From Glaucostegus cemiculus (lineage: Eukaryota): a stretch of 64,000 bases of DNA. The notes beneath the pieces are model-generated. The model was not told the origin of the DNA. It saw nothing but the letters and a program-made list of their open reading frames with translations, and ran no database searches. The stretch is from positions 38,502,001 to 38,566,000 of the forward strand of contig CDPCPM010000073.1 of assembly GCA_976551045.1 (NCBI GenBank), read 5' to 3'. This document shows, piece after piece, positions 37,121-50,564 of the stretch. A program made the translations under genes and the position numbers. The number at the start of each line of letters is the position of its first letter. The stretch's first letter is position 1.

Positions 37121-38207
37121 ACACACACAGTAACACTATATATATATATATATATATAAAATAAAGACATTGTTAGGTGATGTTCCATGCTTTCTTATTT
37201 GACATCAATATATCCATAGAGGTTGCTTTCTACTGAGCCAATACAGTCACAAAATATCAGCATTTTCTTAACATAGTTGATCAAATTAAAGTATTTCCTG
37301 GAAAGATTTGGGAGGATAACTTCCAGGAATCTATAGCAAGAACATTCTTCCTGCTTGCCCATCCCTCTCCCATGACTACGCAGAGCCCATTGAAAGATTA
37401 TAATGCACTGAATACAAGATTGTCCCTTGATGTACTGTATATAAAAGACATTATAATGATTTAGCAAGTTGTATGCAGTGCTGCTATAACAGAGATGAAA
37501 AATCAAATGTACTCTGGCCTTTACCAGAGCACCTCAAGTTTCTCTGGAACCATGTAAAGGTTTTAATAAAATCCTGATATTCTTCACAGTGTCTGCTCCC
37601 TGCATATTACTGCAAACTAAATCCCTCACCAGCAATTGTCTTTGTGAGACTGTAGGCATAAACTGCAAGTGGAAGAGTGTTAGGAGCTGTTAGGTCTCAG
37701 GAAGATATCAGACCTTGAAATGCAAAGCACTGGAGCCTAGAAGCTCTGTGACGCTGGTCTGACCAAATACCTGTCACTCAACACTAAGGAAATATAACAA
37801 AGGGGAACTCTGTAGAGCTTTTCACGGTCCAGATGTGCTACAGCTAGAATCTGGAAGTCTCATACACGTCCTCCCAGTTCTGTTCCTGCGGAGTGTCCAC
37901 AACCTGAACAGTTCACAAGTTGGAAATGAGGCCGCAAACTGAGTTCCCACTCGGCAGAAGAAACTTGCAGCAGCCTGTAAATCCAACCTGCCCGTCTCCC
38001 AGATGCTCAATCCTAAGTACGGGCTGTGCGTAAGGCGGGTGTTTGTAAGCTGGGGAGGACCTCTGCCTCCACAGCAATATGCAATCACTCATGGAAACAT
38101 AGAAAACAGGAGCAGGAGTAAGCACTTCAGCCCCTTGAGGTGCTCTGCCATTCAATACGATCATGGCTGAGTGTCCAAATTCAGTGCACTGTTCCGGCTT
38201 TCTTCCT

Positions 38208-38771
38208 GTGGACACAGCCCAGTGCATCACGGACACCAGCCTCCCCTCCGTGGACTCTGTCTTTACCTCTCGCTGCCTTGGTGAAGCAGCCAGCATGACC
38301 AAAGACCCCACCCACCCGGGTCATTCTCTCTTCTCTCCTCTTCCATCGGGTAGAAGATACAGGAGCCTGAGGGCACGTACCACCAGGCTCAAGGACAGCT
38401 TCTACCCCACTGTGATAAGACTATTGAACGGTTCCCATATACAATGAGATGGACTCTGACCTCACGATCCACCTTGTGACCTTGCACCTGATTGCACTGC
38501 ACTTTCTCTGTAGCTGTGACGCTTTACTCTGTACTGTTACTGTTTTTATTGTGCTACATCGATGCACTCTGTACTAACAATGTAACTGCACTGTGTAATG
38601 AACTGACCTGTACGATTGGTATGCAGGACAAGACCTCGGTACAAGTGACAATAATAAACCAATACCAATACTGCACTGCGTAATGAATTGACCTGTACGA
38701 TCGGTTTGTAAGACAAGTTCTTCACTGGACCTCGGCACAAGGGACAATAATAAAGCAATACCAATACCAAT
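38208..38771 (+). mobile_element. Rex1/Babar-like LINE 3' fragment with duplicated tail
   Basis: KDPTHPGHSLFSPLPSGRRYRSLRARTTRLKDSFYPTVIRLLN; terminal ~100 nt present twice. Confidence 0.8.
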
Positions 38772-38822
38772 TACATCCCTCGAACATTCTAGCCCTAGGA
38801 ACAATATTCCTTCTTGAACGTA

Positions 38823-39517
38823 TTAGTGTTTTTTTGTGCTTTTTTGTTAGTGTGTTCTTTGTTCCTGATGGTTGTGTGCTTGGTGTTCGTTTTATGGAGT
38901 CGTTGTCTGTGCTGACGGCTCCGACGGCTCGTCGGAGCTCATCGGAGGCGACAGCGTGTCGAAGGCCCTGGAGCCTCGTGGTGGCGTCGGGATGCGGGTG
39001 GTGAGGGGGCTGCTCGTGCCGGAGGTGGTCGGCCTGTGGGGCTGGAGGTCGTCGGACTGCGGAGCCGGTCTGCGGGGCTGGAGGTCGTCGGACTGCGGAG
39101 CCGGAATTCGGGGCTGGAGGTCGTCGGACTGCGGAGCCGGAGGCGAAGGAGCCAGAGGTCGTCGGCCTGCGGGGCCGGAGGTCGTCGGCCTGCAGAGCCG
39201 GAGGCGAAGGAGCCGGAGGTGGTCGGACTGCGGGGCCGGGGCGAAGGAGCCGGAGGTGGTCGGACTGCGGGGCCGGAGGTGGTCGGACTGCGGGGCCGGA
39301 GGCTGTTGATGGACTGTGGGCCCTGAGGTTGTAGGACTGCGGGGGTTGGAGGTGGTCGTCGGTGCGGGGTGAGGCTGGGGGGCTGCTAATGTTTTGATGT
39401 TTTTGTCCCGTTGTCCTTTATTGTCTTTAATGTCTTTTGCACATTGGCCTGTGGAGAAACGATATCTCGCCTTCATGTATACGTGAAAGTGACAATAAAT
39501 TGATTCTGATTCTGATT
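38823..39517 (+). mobile_element. GC-rich tandem-repeat non-autonomous retroposon, copy 2 (5'-truncated)
   Basis: Highly similar to 6656-7460 in opposite orientation; ends AATAAAT(TGATTC)2; interrupts a CR1 fragment. Confidence 0.7.
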
Positions 39518-39815
39518 TGGCTTCACTTGCTTTCTGTGGTAGAGATTTCCACAGATCCACCACCTCTCTGGGGTAAGAAATTTCTTCTCATCTCAGTCTT
39601 AAGTGGCTTATCCTTCATCCTTAGGCTGTGACCCCTGGTCTTGGATTCCCCAGCCATGGGGAAGAGCCTTCCTGCACCCAATCTGTCCACCCCCATTACA
39701 AATTTGTAAGTTTCCACAAGATTCTCTCTCTCATTGTTTTAAATTCCAGTGAATACAAGCCTAGTTGACCCAATTTCTCTTGATATGTCAGTCCCACTAA
39801 CCCAGGAATCAGTCT

Positions 39816-40440
39816 AATCCTCGAGAGGAGAACTAAAAGCAAGGATGTACTGCTGAGGTTTTACGAAGCATTGGTCAGACAGCATTTGGAATATTGTGAG
39901 CAATTTTGGGCCCCGTATTTAAGGAAAGACGTGCTGGCCCTGGAGACGTTTCAGAGGAGGTTCGCAAGAATGATCCCAGAAATGAAAGGTTTAACATACG
40001 AGGAGCATTTGATGTCTCTGGGCCTGTACTCAACGGCGCTCAGAAGGATGAGGGGGATCTCACTGAAACCTACCGGATACTGAAAGGCTGGATAGAGTGG
40101 ACGTGGAGACGATGCTTCCATCAGTGGGAGAGTCTAGAATCCGAGGGCACAGCCGCAGAATAAAGGGACATCCCTTTAGTACTGAGATGAGGAGGAATTT
40201 CTTCAGCCTGAGGGTGGTGAATCTGTGGAATTCGTTGCCACAGAGGGCAGTGGAGGCCAAGTCATTGGGTGTACTTAAGGCAGAGATTGATAGGCTCTTG
40301 ACTGGTAAGGGGGTTAGGGGTTACAGGGAGAAGGCAGGAGAATGGGGTTGAGGGGAAAAACATATCAGCCATGATCGAATGGCAGAGCAGACTCAATGGG
40401 CTGAATGGCCTAATTCTGCTCCTACATCTTACTGGTCTCA
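39816..40440 (+). mobile_element. CR1-like LINE 3' fragment
   Basis: LVRQHLEYCEQFWAPYLRKDVLALE...SRIRGHS...FFSLRVVNLWNSLP; tail tgggctgaatggcctaattctgctcct. Confidence 0.85.
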
Positions 40441-40502
40441 ATATAGTCTTTACCACGTGGCGTGATTATTGTAAGTGGAGTACAACCTATACACGTTAGT
40501 TA

Positions 40503-40760
<258 letters not shown>

Positions 40761-40784
40761 TCACAGCCTCAGAACATCCCAATG

Positions 40785-41110
40785 TAGTGCAGTGGGTAGT
40801 ACTGCTGCATCACAGCTCAGGAAAGCCGGGTTCAGTCCTGACCTCCCTCACCGTCTGCGTGGAGCTTGAGCGTTCTCTCCCCAATCCCATAGGTGCTCTG
40901 CTTTCCTCACACATCCCAAAGGCATGCTGGCCGGTCAGTTAAATGGCTGCAGTAAATTACCCCAGGGTAGATAACGGTAGGGGAAATCAGGGTATTGATG
41001 GGGATGAGAGAGAGAGGACAGGTTACAGGGAAATGAAAAGAGCACTGGGATTGATCTGAGAGGCAGTATAGACTTTATGGGCCGAATGCCCTTGACCATG
41101 TCATGAAAAA
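40785..41110 (+). mobile_element. Older diverged V-SINE with CR1-type tail
   Basis: A/B-box remnants, degenerate V-domain, ends atgggccgaatgccc. Confidence 0.65.
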
Positions 41111-41182
41111 TTTGAGAGAAAGAGACAATAAAAAAAATGAAAGCAAGGTATTGCACTCTAGAAATACGAAATTAAGGCTAAC

Positions 41183-41380
41183 GTGCTGGAAATTCTCAGT
41201 GGGTCATGCAGCATCTGTGGAGGTAGTAAAACAGAATTAATATTTCAGGTTAATGTCCCTTTCTCAGAACTGGCTGGATCAATTCTGGTGAAAAGTCATT
41301 GGCCTAAAACGTCAACTCTGTTTCCACCTGCGCAGATGCTGCCTGACCTGCTGAGAATTTGCAGCAATTTTGGTTTTTAA
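41183..41380. repeat. Fold-back pair of Penelope-like termini
   Basis: gctggaaattctcag...gcagcatctgtgg and cagatgctgcctgacctgctgagaattt form inverted arms. Confidence 0.7.
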
Positions 41381-41603
41381 ATCAGCCGATAAGATGCTCC
41401 CAAAGTGTAGGCACTGGTGCAAGGCAGGAAATGCAGCAGCAATTTGTGGACAGCTAAGCTGCACAAACGGTGATCAGAATGTTTTAGTGATGATGACTGG
41501 AGAGGTTAACGTTGGCCAGGACAAGACAACGGCCCCCTGCACTCGTCTTCTGAAACTGGGTCTTCTGCCTGAGAGTGCAGAAGGGCTGTGTTTTGACGGC
41601 TCA

Positions 41604-41846
<243 letters not shown>

Positions 41847-42380
41847 TTACAGTTGAGAGTTAAAAGTATTTGTGAAAACAATCCAAATCTTTATCAACTA
41901 AAATTTATTTGGGGCACACATTTAAACGTTGAACTTTGAAATGACCTCAAGGAAATTACCCTAAGGTAAGATAGGATGTGTAAATTATTTAGGGATGTAA
42001 AAGTAAATCGAGCTTATTTGAGCATCTAGTTAAATATTTCCAGTATATCAATGAATGGCATTTTATTCTTTTGAAAAATCCAATATAAAAGGTCTACTTT
42101 AGCCATTATTTAATAAGTGTGGTATCATAATGCACATCCAAGCAAGAGGGGACACAAGAGACTGCAGATGCTGGAATCTGGAACAGCAAAAGCAAATAAT
42201 TTGCCGGAGGATCTCAGTTGGTCGAGCACCATCTGTGGGGGGGGGGGGAAGGAATTGTCAACATTTCGGACCGAAACCTTGTGTCAGGACTGGAAACCCA
42301 GCTCTTCTTATTCCTATTCCATGTGCTCAAAGAGGAAACATGGTGGAGAACACAGTGTATATTCCACATGGGACTAATCC

Positions 42381-42490
42381 TTTGAATGGGATGTGGCTCT
42401 TGGGGATGACTAACGATGTAAGGAATTTTTGAATGGGATTTTGAATGGGATGTGGCTCTTGGGGATGACTAACGATGTAAGGGATTTTTG
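42381..42490. repeat. Tandem duplication, period ~59 nt
   Basis: tttgaatgggatgtggctcttggggatgactaacgatgtaagg occurs twice. Confidence 0.9.
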
Positions 42491-43516
42491 CAGGCTGTGC
42501 AACACACTCTGAACTAAGAGTTGTCGAGCTGAGCGATGAACCTTTTGTTACAGGGGCTTCTTTCTATCTAATTCAGATCAGCAGGAAGCCCTTTAAGACT
42601 GCAATTTGCTAAGAGGACCCATCTCCTCCTACTGAAAACAAGTGAGCAGTGCCACATCTGTTAAAGGTTATACATCTGTTACCATAGAAACTGAGCAACT
42701 ATCTGGATTTATAAGCATAACGTTAGACACTGGCAATCTGCAAATAAAACTGCTGCTGGAGGAAGAGTTGGCAGAGAGTTGTACATGTAGATAATTCCCT
42801 AAAAAATGTACAAACAAGGCCAGTTTTGTGTCTGGGTGGACTTATGGAAAGATTATTGTTGATTGTTCCCCATACACATGAAATGTACAATGCTCATTCC
42901 TGACCTAAAGTTCTCAATGTAACATTTGATATAAAGTCCACAGATGCTGTACAATTTTATTTTTTTTACAGTTATAACTTCCCAAGAAACTTCCCCAAAA
43001 TCCAGGCTGGTTCTAGTATAATGGAGACTAAGATACCATAGAGTCCTGATGCAGGGGTTTGACCCGAAAGTCGACAAACCCTTTCCTTGCACAGACGCTG
43101 TTTGACCCGCTGAGTTCCTGCAGCGGATTGTTTGTTGGTTCTAGTTTATATTTTTCTAAGTCAAAATTCAGACCTACTATTTGGCAAAATGGAAGTTTAA
43201 TTTCTAATATTACAAAAGAGAATAATATAACTTAGAAATCAGGCTTTGTACTCCTGGTTGATTAACAAACATGCTTTCAAATTTAATAGGCTATTATCTA
43301 CCCAAAGCAATGGTGGGGTGTGAAACTTCTACAACTGATGAGAAGCCCCCAGTTCTACCCATTGTTCATAAACTATTGCTCACACAAATTGTACACAGCA
43401 GAAGTTATTCATCTAGTCATCTGTTGCTAATTGGCTTCCTTCAGACTCTGTGATCAGAGACTACCAAAATAAGACACCTTTAACACGAACAGAAATGATA
43501 GGAACAGCATTCTAAC

Positions 43517-43639
43517 CTTGATGGTTTGGTAGGATCCACTGTAAAGGTGGTTTTGAGAAGCCACCAGTGCGCGCACCCAGTGATTCAAACCAGTTAGCTC
43601 CTTCTTCAGATTTAGATCTGTGCCTACAATGTCCCAAAC
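43517..43639 (-). CDS. TRAF7: TRAF7 coding exon (123 nt), WD40
   Basis: [41 protein letters not shown]. Confidence 0.95.
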
Positions 43640-43954
43640 CTTAGGAATGAATCATATTAAAACAGTATGATAAAAATGGAGCACCATCAAGATAACTGGT
43701 TTGTTGTGTCTATTATAATATTAGCACTGATTCATACAAGATTCACTCAAAATTACGAAGGTAACAGATTATAACATACCAAAACACATGATAACGATAG
43801 GCCAGGCTTGGTAAGGGCAGTAGTTTTCATTAGTTGTAGGACATTGGAGAACTAACTGGATATCTACAGTGGTCACGGCTTTATTGACACCAGCTTTTTA
43901 TTTCAGATTTAATTGAAATTCTACAATGCCTTGGTAGGATATGAATTCATGTGT

Positions 43955-44315
43955 GGTGATCTTACAAAGGTTTATAAAATCATCAGGGGCATAGATAAGG
44001 TGAATAACTAAATCTTTTCCCCTGGGGTAGGGGAGTCCAAAACCTAGAAGGCAGAGGTTTAAAGTGAAAGGGGAAAGGTTTAAATGGACCCGAGGGGCAG
44101 ACTTTTCACAGAGAGGCTTGTGAGCATATGGAATGAGCTGTCAGAGGAAGTGGCCGAAGCAGGTACAATTGTGGCATTTAAAAGGTATTTGGACAGGTAC
44201 ATGGACAGGGAAGGTTCAGAGGGATATGGGCCAAATGCAGGTAGACGGGACTAGGTTAGATGGGCAACTTGGTCAATGTGGACGAGTTGACCCAAAGGGG
44301 CTGTATAACTCTATA
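43955..44315 (+). mobile_element. CR1-like LINE 3' fragment
   Basis: CR1 C-terminal coding remnant and 3' UTR. Confidence 0.75.
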
Positions 44316-44385
44316 ACCAGTGCTTCAGGATATTAACACAGGAATGTTGAGGTTTCTATTTTCCGCTTTCCAACAGACTTATTAC

Positions 44386-44502
44386 CTTAATCGCTTTAAG
44401 TGAGCCACTGAAGAGCATGTTTTGTGATGATACCAAAGTGCAAACTGGATTGTCGTGCGCCCTAATGGTGTTGACTTTTTGCAAAGCTGGAACATCCCAA
44501 AC
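44386..44502 (-). CDS. TRAF7: TRAF7 coding exon (117 nt), WD40
   Basis: [39 protein letters not shown]. Confidence 0.96.
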
Positions 44503-44675
44503 CTGCAGAGTATGAACAAAGAACCAACACTGGTGGATGAGAATGCCGTCAGCACACAAACAAAACCCAAAATCAAAACCGGCAGGACCTTGCCGAAATG
44601 CACATAATTAAAGCTTTTTACCAACATGGGTAATGCAAAATATTTTACGCATTTCTGAATAATTTGCATACTTAC

Positions 44676-44715
44676 AATTATTGTGCAGTCTGCTGAGCCA
44701 CTGTACAACTTGTTC
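44676..44715 (-). CDS. TRAF7: TRAF7 coding exon (40 nt), WD40
   Basis: NKLYSGSADCTII; atag| and |gtaagt. Confidence 0.94.
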
Positions 44716-45039
44716 CTATAAATAAAAATTAAAAAGGAAAAATATACATTTTGTTTAAGTTTTATTTGAAATGTTGTATTCATTAAAAAATGCGCCATCT
44801 TCAACATAGCAAAAACACCCCAAGCATTATTAAATGGAATCTGACACTCAGCCAAATTAGGAACTATTAGAAAGGTGGCCAAAATCAGTATCAGATTATC
44901 AGGAGTGTTTTGAAGTAGGAGAAAGTAATAGCAAGAGTTAGAGAGAGATTTACAAGTATGAACCTAGGCTCCTGAAGGTACGAAACCTGAGCAAAAGGAA
45001 GTTAAGAGTTCAGCCATTCAGAGGTTTGTTGGGTCATAG

Positions 45040-45532
45040 ACTCAGCCAGCTCCATCATGGGCACAAAGTTCCCCACCATCGAGGGCATCTTCAAGAGGCG
45101 GTGCCTCAATAAGGTGGAATCCATCACTAAGGACCCTCACCACCCGGGACATGCCCTCTTCTTGTTACTACCATTGGGGAAGAGGTACAGGAGCCCAAAG
45201 ACCCACACTCAGAACTTTAGGAACAGTTTCTTTCCCTCTGCCATCAGATTTCTGAATGGTTCATGAACCCATGAACACTACCTCGTTATTCCTTTTTGAA
45301 TTATAGACAATAGACAATAGGTGCAGAAGTAGACCATTCGGCCCTTCGAGTCTGCACCGCCATTTTGAGATCATGGCTGATCATCAACAATCAATATCCT
45401 GTTCCTGCTTTGTCCCCATATCCCTTGATTTATCTTAGCAATTTATAGTAATTTTATATCTTTGCACTATACTGCTGCTGCAAAACAACAAATTTCATAT
45501 CATTTAACTTAGTAATAATAAATCTGATTCTA
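45040..45532 (+). mobile_element. Rex1/Babar-like 3' fragment with an inserted CR1 tail (~45302-45430, minus)
   Basis: KDPHHPGHALFLLLPLGKRYRS...SFFPSAIRFLNG; tail aataaatctgattct. Confidence 0.75.
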
Positions 45533-46563
45533 TTGAAGCTACAAATAATAAAAGAAGAGGGACTAGACCATGGATGAAAAACACGATGATGCTCAAACTC
45601 AGTAGGCCAGGCAGCATCCGTGGAGAAAAGCAGGTTGTCAATGTTTTGGGTCAGGACCCTTTTTCAGGACATTTTTTGACTAGACCACGGAGCGGTTTGA
45701 AAACAAAATTGAGAATTTTAAGACTGAGGTTTAGCCAGATCAGGAGTCAGTGGAGGTCAGAGAGCACAGGGTAATTACTGAAATGGACTTGTGTTTAAAT
45801 TGAGATACAGGTAACAGAGTTAGGGATAAATTTAAGTTTACAGAGAGTGCAGGGAAGCTGTCCAGGAAAACAATGAAGCAACCAAGACTGTAGTAAATAC
45901 AGGCATGCATGAGGGTTTCAGGAATAGGTGAGCAGAGGCAAGTCAACAGATTATTTCAAACTTCACGTTTTTTAACTAGCGCAAGTTGATCTTCATCGAA
46001 TTCTGGATATTAGACAGAATGATAAAGCTGAGGCAGTGAAGCATGAGAAAGAGAGGTGGTGGTCAACTGGACAGGCCACATCAGTGTGCCCAGGGTGACA
46101 GGCAGATGAGGAGGTGGGAGCCAAGGGTAGATCCATGAGGAACATTGTGCAAGAGTGGGAAGTAAAACCTCTGCAGGTGACTCTGGCTACATTTCAATAA
46201 GTTCTGTTGCAAGGTCATCAAATGTTAACTCTGATTCTCTCTCTCCACAGATCCTGCCTGGCCAGCTGAATATTTCCAGCACCTATTGATTTTATTTCAG
46301 ATTTCCAGTGGCTGCAGAGATCTGGTTTTCCTAGATAACACTGGAACCAAGAAAGAGCGGTTCCACCCAGCTGGACAATGGTGGTGGGGGCTGGAGTAAT
46401 CAACTGTTCAGAAAGCTGCAGTCAGATAAAGGAGGATCAGGAGGGACAGGTTAAAACAGTCAAGGTCAAAGCAATTGGAAGCAATTCTCTGATCCTCGGG
46501 AATAGAAGCAGGCAAGATGAACCAAGTTCTTCAGCGTAATTTCTGAAAACTTTTATTACCTAC

Positions 46564-46646
46564 CCTTGAATGCAAAGGGCTAAGACTATTCCATCATGTC
46601 CCTCTAGAGTCTTCTGGCATTTGTATGTGGTACAGGTATCCCACAC
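46564..46646 (-). CDS. TRAF7: TRAF7 coding exon (83 nt), WD40
   Basis: VWDTCTTYKCQKTLEGHDGIVLALCIQG. Confidence 0.95.
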
Positions 46647-46977
46647 CTAAAACAGGTGTCAAAGATCAGCTCTTAATCTCTTGTAGTAATTATGACAGGA
46701 ATATTAACACGGCAATCAATATTTACAGAGTAAACATGGTAAAATGCACCGAGACACTTCAAAGGGGTGTTATCAAACAAAACTGCACACAGGGCTATAT
46801 CGGGAGATAGTAAAGCAGATGAACACAAGTTTGGTCAAAGAGGGTGAGTTTAATTTGCCCACCAGAAGAGGAGAGAGAGATATAGACAGCAACTAAAGCC
46901 ACTACTGCTGGTGATGAAACAATTGAGATGGGGAATATGCAGGAGACAAGAACTGCAGAACCTGGAACATTTATAGG

Positions 46978-47260
46978 GGCAGGCACGGTAGTGTAGTGGT
47001 TAGCTTAACGCTTTACAGCACCAGTGACCCAGGTTCAATTCTGGCCGCTGCCTGTAAGGAGTTTGTACGTTCTCCCCATGTCTGCATGACTTTCCTTTGG
47101 GTGCTCCAGTTTCCTCCCACATTCCAAAGACTAAGGGTTAGGAAGTTGTGGGTGTGCTACGTTGGGGCTGGAAGCGTGGTGCCAGTTGCGGGCTGCCCCA
47201 GAAGACTCTACGCAAAAGATGCATTTCACTGTGTGTTTTGATATTCATGTGACTAATAAA
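46978..47260 (+). mobile_element. tRNA-derived V-SINE
   Basis: Full head, V-domain and tail. Confidence 0.85.
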
Positions 47261-47724
47261 CCTCATCTGGGGCTGAAGCTTGCACAGAAAGGCAAGGACG
47301 TGGCCAAGAAGGAATTTGAAAATATGAATGAGCATTTGAAAATTGCCTTTTGTTTAACCAGAGTAACTCAACAAGCACAGGGTGATAGGGACTGGCATGA
47401 CTCAAGATACCAAGGCTGCAAAGGTTTGGATGACCTCAAATTGAAGAGTGTGGAAGATGGAAGGTCAGGTAGGGAGGCCTTGGAATAGTCAAGTCTAAGG
47501 GTAACAAGGACATGGATGAGATTTCAGCAGTGGATGAGCTGAGGAAGGGGAGAGTCAGCTTTTTGCATGTGTGGAAATAGGTAGCCTAATCAAGGGCACA
47601 GGTGCATCAACAGCAGTTCATGCTGGGGTTAAACACAACACTAAAGTTATGATTTTGCCAGAATGGTAAGGAGTAGCTGGAGAACAGGCTTGTTTTAGGC
47701 TTGTAAAGGAGATGTTATTTCGAT

Positions 47725-48012
47725 GAGATAAGATGTCTTTATTAGTCACATGTACGTCGAAACATACAGTGAAATACATCGTTTGCACAGTGGTTTTGGG
47801 GGGCAGCCTGCAAGTGTTGCCATGCTTCCGGAGCTAACATAACACGCCCACAACTTCCTAACCCGTACGTCTTTGGAATGTGGGAAGAAACTGAAGCACC
47901 CGGAGGAGACCCATGCAGGCACGGGGAGAACGTACAAACTCCCTACAGACAGTGGCCGGATTTGAACCCGGGTCACTGGCGCTGTAAAGCAATTGTGCTA
48001 ACCACTATGCTA
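47725..48012 (-). mobile_element. tRNA-derived V-SINE
   Basis: Same family, inverted relative to 46978-47260. Confidence 0.85.
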
Positions 48013-48812
48013 GTGTTGACATCAACTGCAGATTTATGCTTTCTATTCAACAACTATTAACAGCTCTCCAGTCAACAGCTGGGATGAAAGAGTGCTCTGT
48101 CTTACTAGGATATGAAAATTTAATATTTCTCCTACGAATTCTGGTGTCTGTCTTTTTTTTAAACAATGCTGCCAACTTGCTTATTTTTGACACATTAATT
48201 CATCTGTTAAAAATATTGTGGATATAATTTTGTAAATGCAAAACTCAGCATTTAATAAAATGTTGTGGTTAATCACATTTGATATGTGTGGAACTACAGT
48301 ATTTCCTTCCTAACTGAATAACAAAAGTATTAATGTACTGAAGCACCTATGGTTTGTGACCTGCTTATTTAGGAGTTTGATACTAGAAAGCATAGCAGAA
48401 GTAAGGAAACCTTTTCAAGTTTCAGAACTGACTGTATTTCAGAACACTCATACCTGATCCATACGTTTGACAGTTTGTTAAGTAACAAGTAACTATTTCT
48501 GCTTATACACTGCCTTCAGTTCAAAAATCATCCCACATTTCTTTGAGGCAGGTGGGAGAAGGGAGGGAAGGATGTTGAATAATTATTAGTATTATTAAGC
48601 GTGTGACCAAGAAGTTTTCATTCAAAGGACAAGATTGAGACTGCTAAAACTTTCAGAATACAAAGAAGTCTTGGAAAAAATTTAAGCAAATGAGCTTAAG
48701 AACAATGTATTTATGTTGAAAAATGATTCTAATATTTACTTTGTTGTGGTGTTCTGTGGAGATATAATGCATTCTTAAGTGAGTTCAGATTGCAAGAGAG
48801 TCAAAAACGCAC

Positions 48813-48940
48813 CTTTATCGTTTTATCTGAAGAGCCACTGAAGAGCAGGTCACCAGTAGAGTGAACACACAAACACCAAACTGGTCCTTGGTGACCCACA
48901 AAGGTGCCCTTGCACTTAAATATCTGCTGAGGGTCATAAG
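48813..48940 (-). CDS. TRAF7: TRAF7 coding exon (128 nt), WD40
   Basis: [43 protein letters not shown]. Confidence 0.95.
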
Positions 48941-49175
48941 CTGAAATCACAGTGAAGCACGGTCAGCACTTGACTACAGGATTGATCAATGTTTACAACA
49001 ATATTATTTGTCAGGCACAATCACTGCAACAATTACACAAGAAATACATATTATTAGGAAACCACAGGACTTCCTCCACATCTTTGCTTTGCACTGGTTG
49101 CACAGAAATTTACTTTTCGTCTGTGTGTATTTTGAAGAAAAGGGAAGAAACAAGGTATTTAAAAGGAATACTTAC

Positions 49176-49224
49176 AGCCCAGGATTCCCATGTTTAATCT
49201 GGCATTGATATGTGAAAGTTCATC
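49176..49224 (-). CDS. TRAF7: TRAF7 coding exon (49 nt)
   Basis: DELSHINARLNMGILG; atag| and |gtaagt. Confidence 0.94.
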
Positions 49225-50140
49225 CTATAATAAAATAAAAATCACATTACTAAAAAGTTATGCAAATACAATAACACATTGACACAAAAAGCTGAATCTT
49301 GATAGCGACAGCCTGCATGGGTTAGGCTGTGGAGTTTCTGTCATGTGGATTTTGCATCTTGCTGCGTTTTACAGTCTTTAATTGAAGAAACTAAATCAAG
49401 GAAGTGTCAGGCAAGCACTAGCAAGCAACAGCACAGAAAAGAATGCACGTTGGAGTTTTGATAACCTGCAAATTATGTATTGAAAATCCCCATTACTTCA
49501 AACTGAAGTTCCAAATCTGTACATAAAAAATGCAACTGGTTCTCAGTTAAGTGGACTTCAAACACGTTGTGATCATTCATTTGAGTTGCTCAACAACAAT
49601 AGTTTTTGCAAACTTGGTGCATGTGCAAAGTTTTAGTTCCAGTATCTTAAAGGAACTACGTTATAAACTGAACTGTAAAAAAAAGGGGCAGAAATTGATA
49701 CAGTCACAAAAGAAACTCTGCACAGAAATTTGACGAAAAACAGGACAATAGAGTTAATTCAGAGCAAGTAATGAAATTTTATTTAATAAATAAGGGTGAC
49801 GTGCATTATCTTACAACATACCCAACTTTTAAGGGTAAAGGCATTGGTGTTAGATTTGTGTTAATCACAGATTGACAGCTAGACAATTTAAGGAAATAGG
49901 AACTGAATGTTTACTGTCCTGTTTTTCATCTTCCCATGTTTTGTAAGGATACTTTCAAGATGTGTTTTGAACTCCACTGATGATGTACAGCCAGCAATCC
50001 CAACATTATCAGGATGTGCCATCTGTACTACATCCAGAAAACAAACATCCTTGTTTCCCAGAAGTATGGATTGCCTCGCACAAACAAATAAACTCAAGCG
50101 TTGCAAGCAAATTCAGAACCCCAGTTACAGCTGGACATTA

Positions 50141-50263
<123 letters not shown>

Positions 50264-50564
50264 TCAAATCTGACTCCATAATAATTAATGTATTTCAAAG
50301 TCCACCATAAACAATTTTCAAACTTTATGTGACCAAATGCTTTCATCTCATAACCATCTTAACTCTTGCAGCACTGAAGGTGGTTTGCAACTTCAAACTT
50401 ACAATCTTGTTTTCAACTGGTAACTTCTTGCAAATTACCGATATAATGAATTTGTTTTAGTTGGTTTAAATTCAAAATAAAAAGAACAGGGTGTTTAAAG
50501 TACAGAATACCATAAAAAATAAAAGCTGATGCTTTGAATAAGACGATTGGATATTAATGGAGTG

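Larger units (their letters stand above)
38090..39815 (-). mobile_element. CR1-like LINE 3' fragment interrupted by two insertions
   Basis: Tail at 38090-38207; resumes at 38772-38822 and 39518-39815 (SKTRGHSLRMKDKPLKTEMRRNF). Confidence 0.75.
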
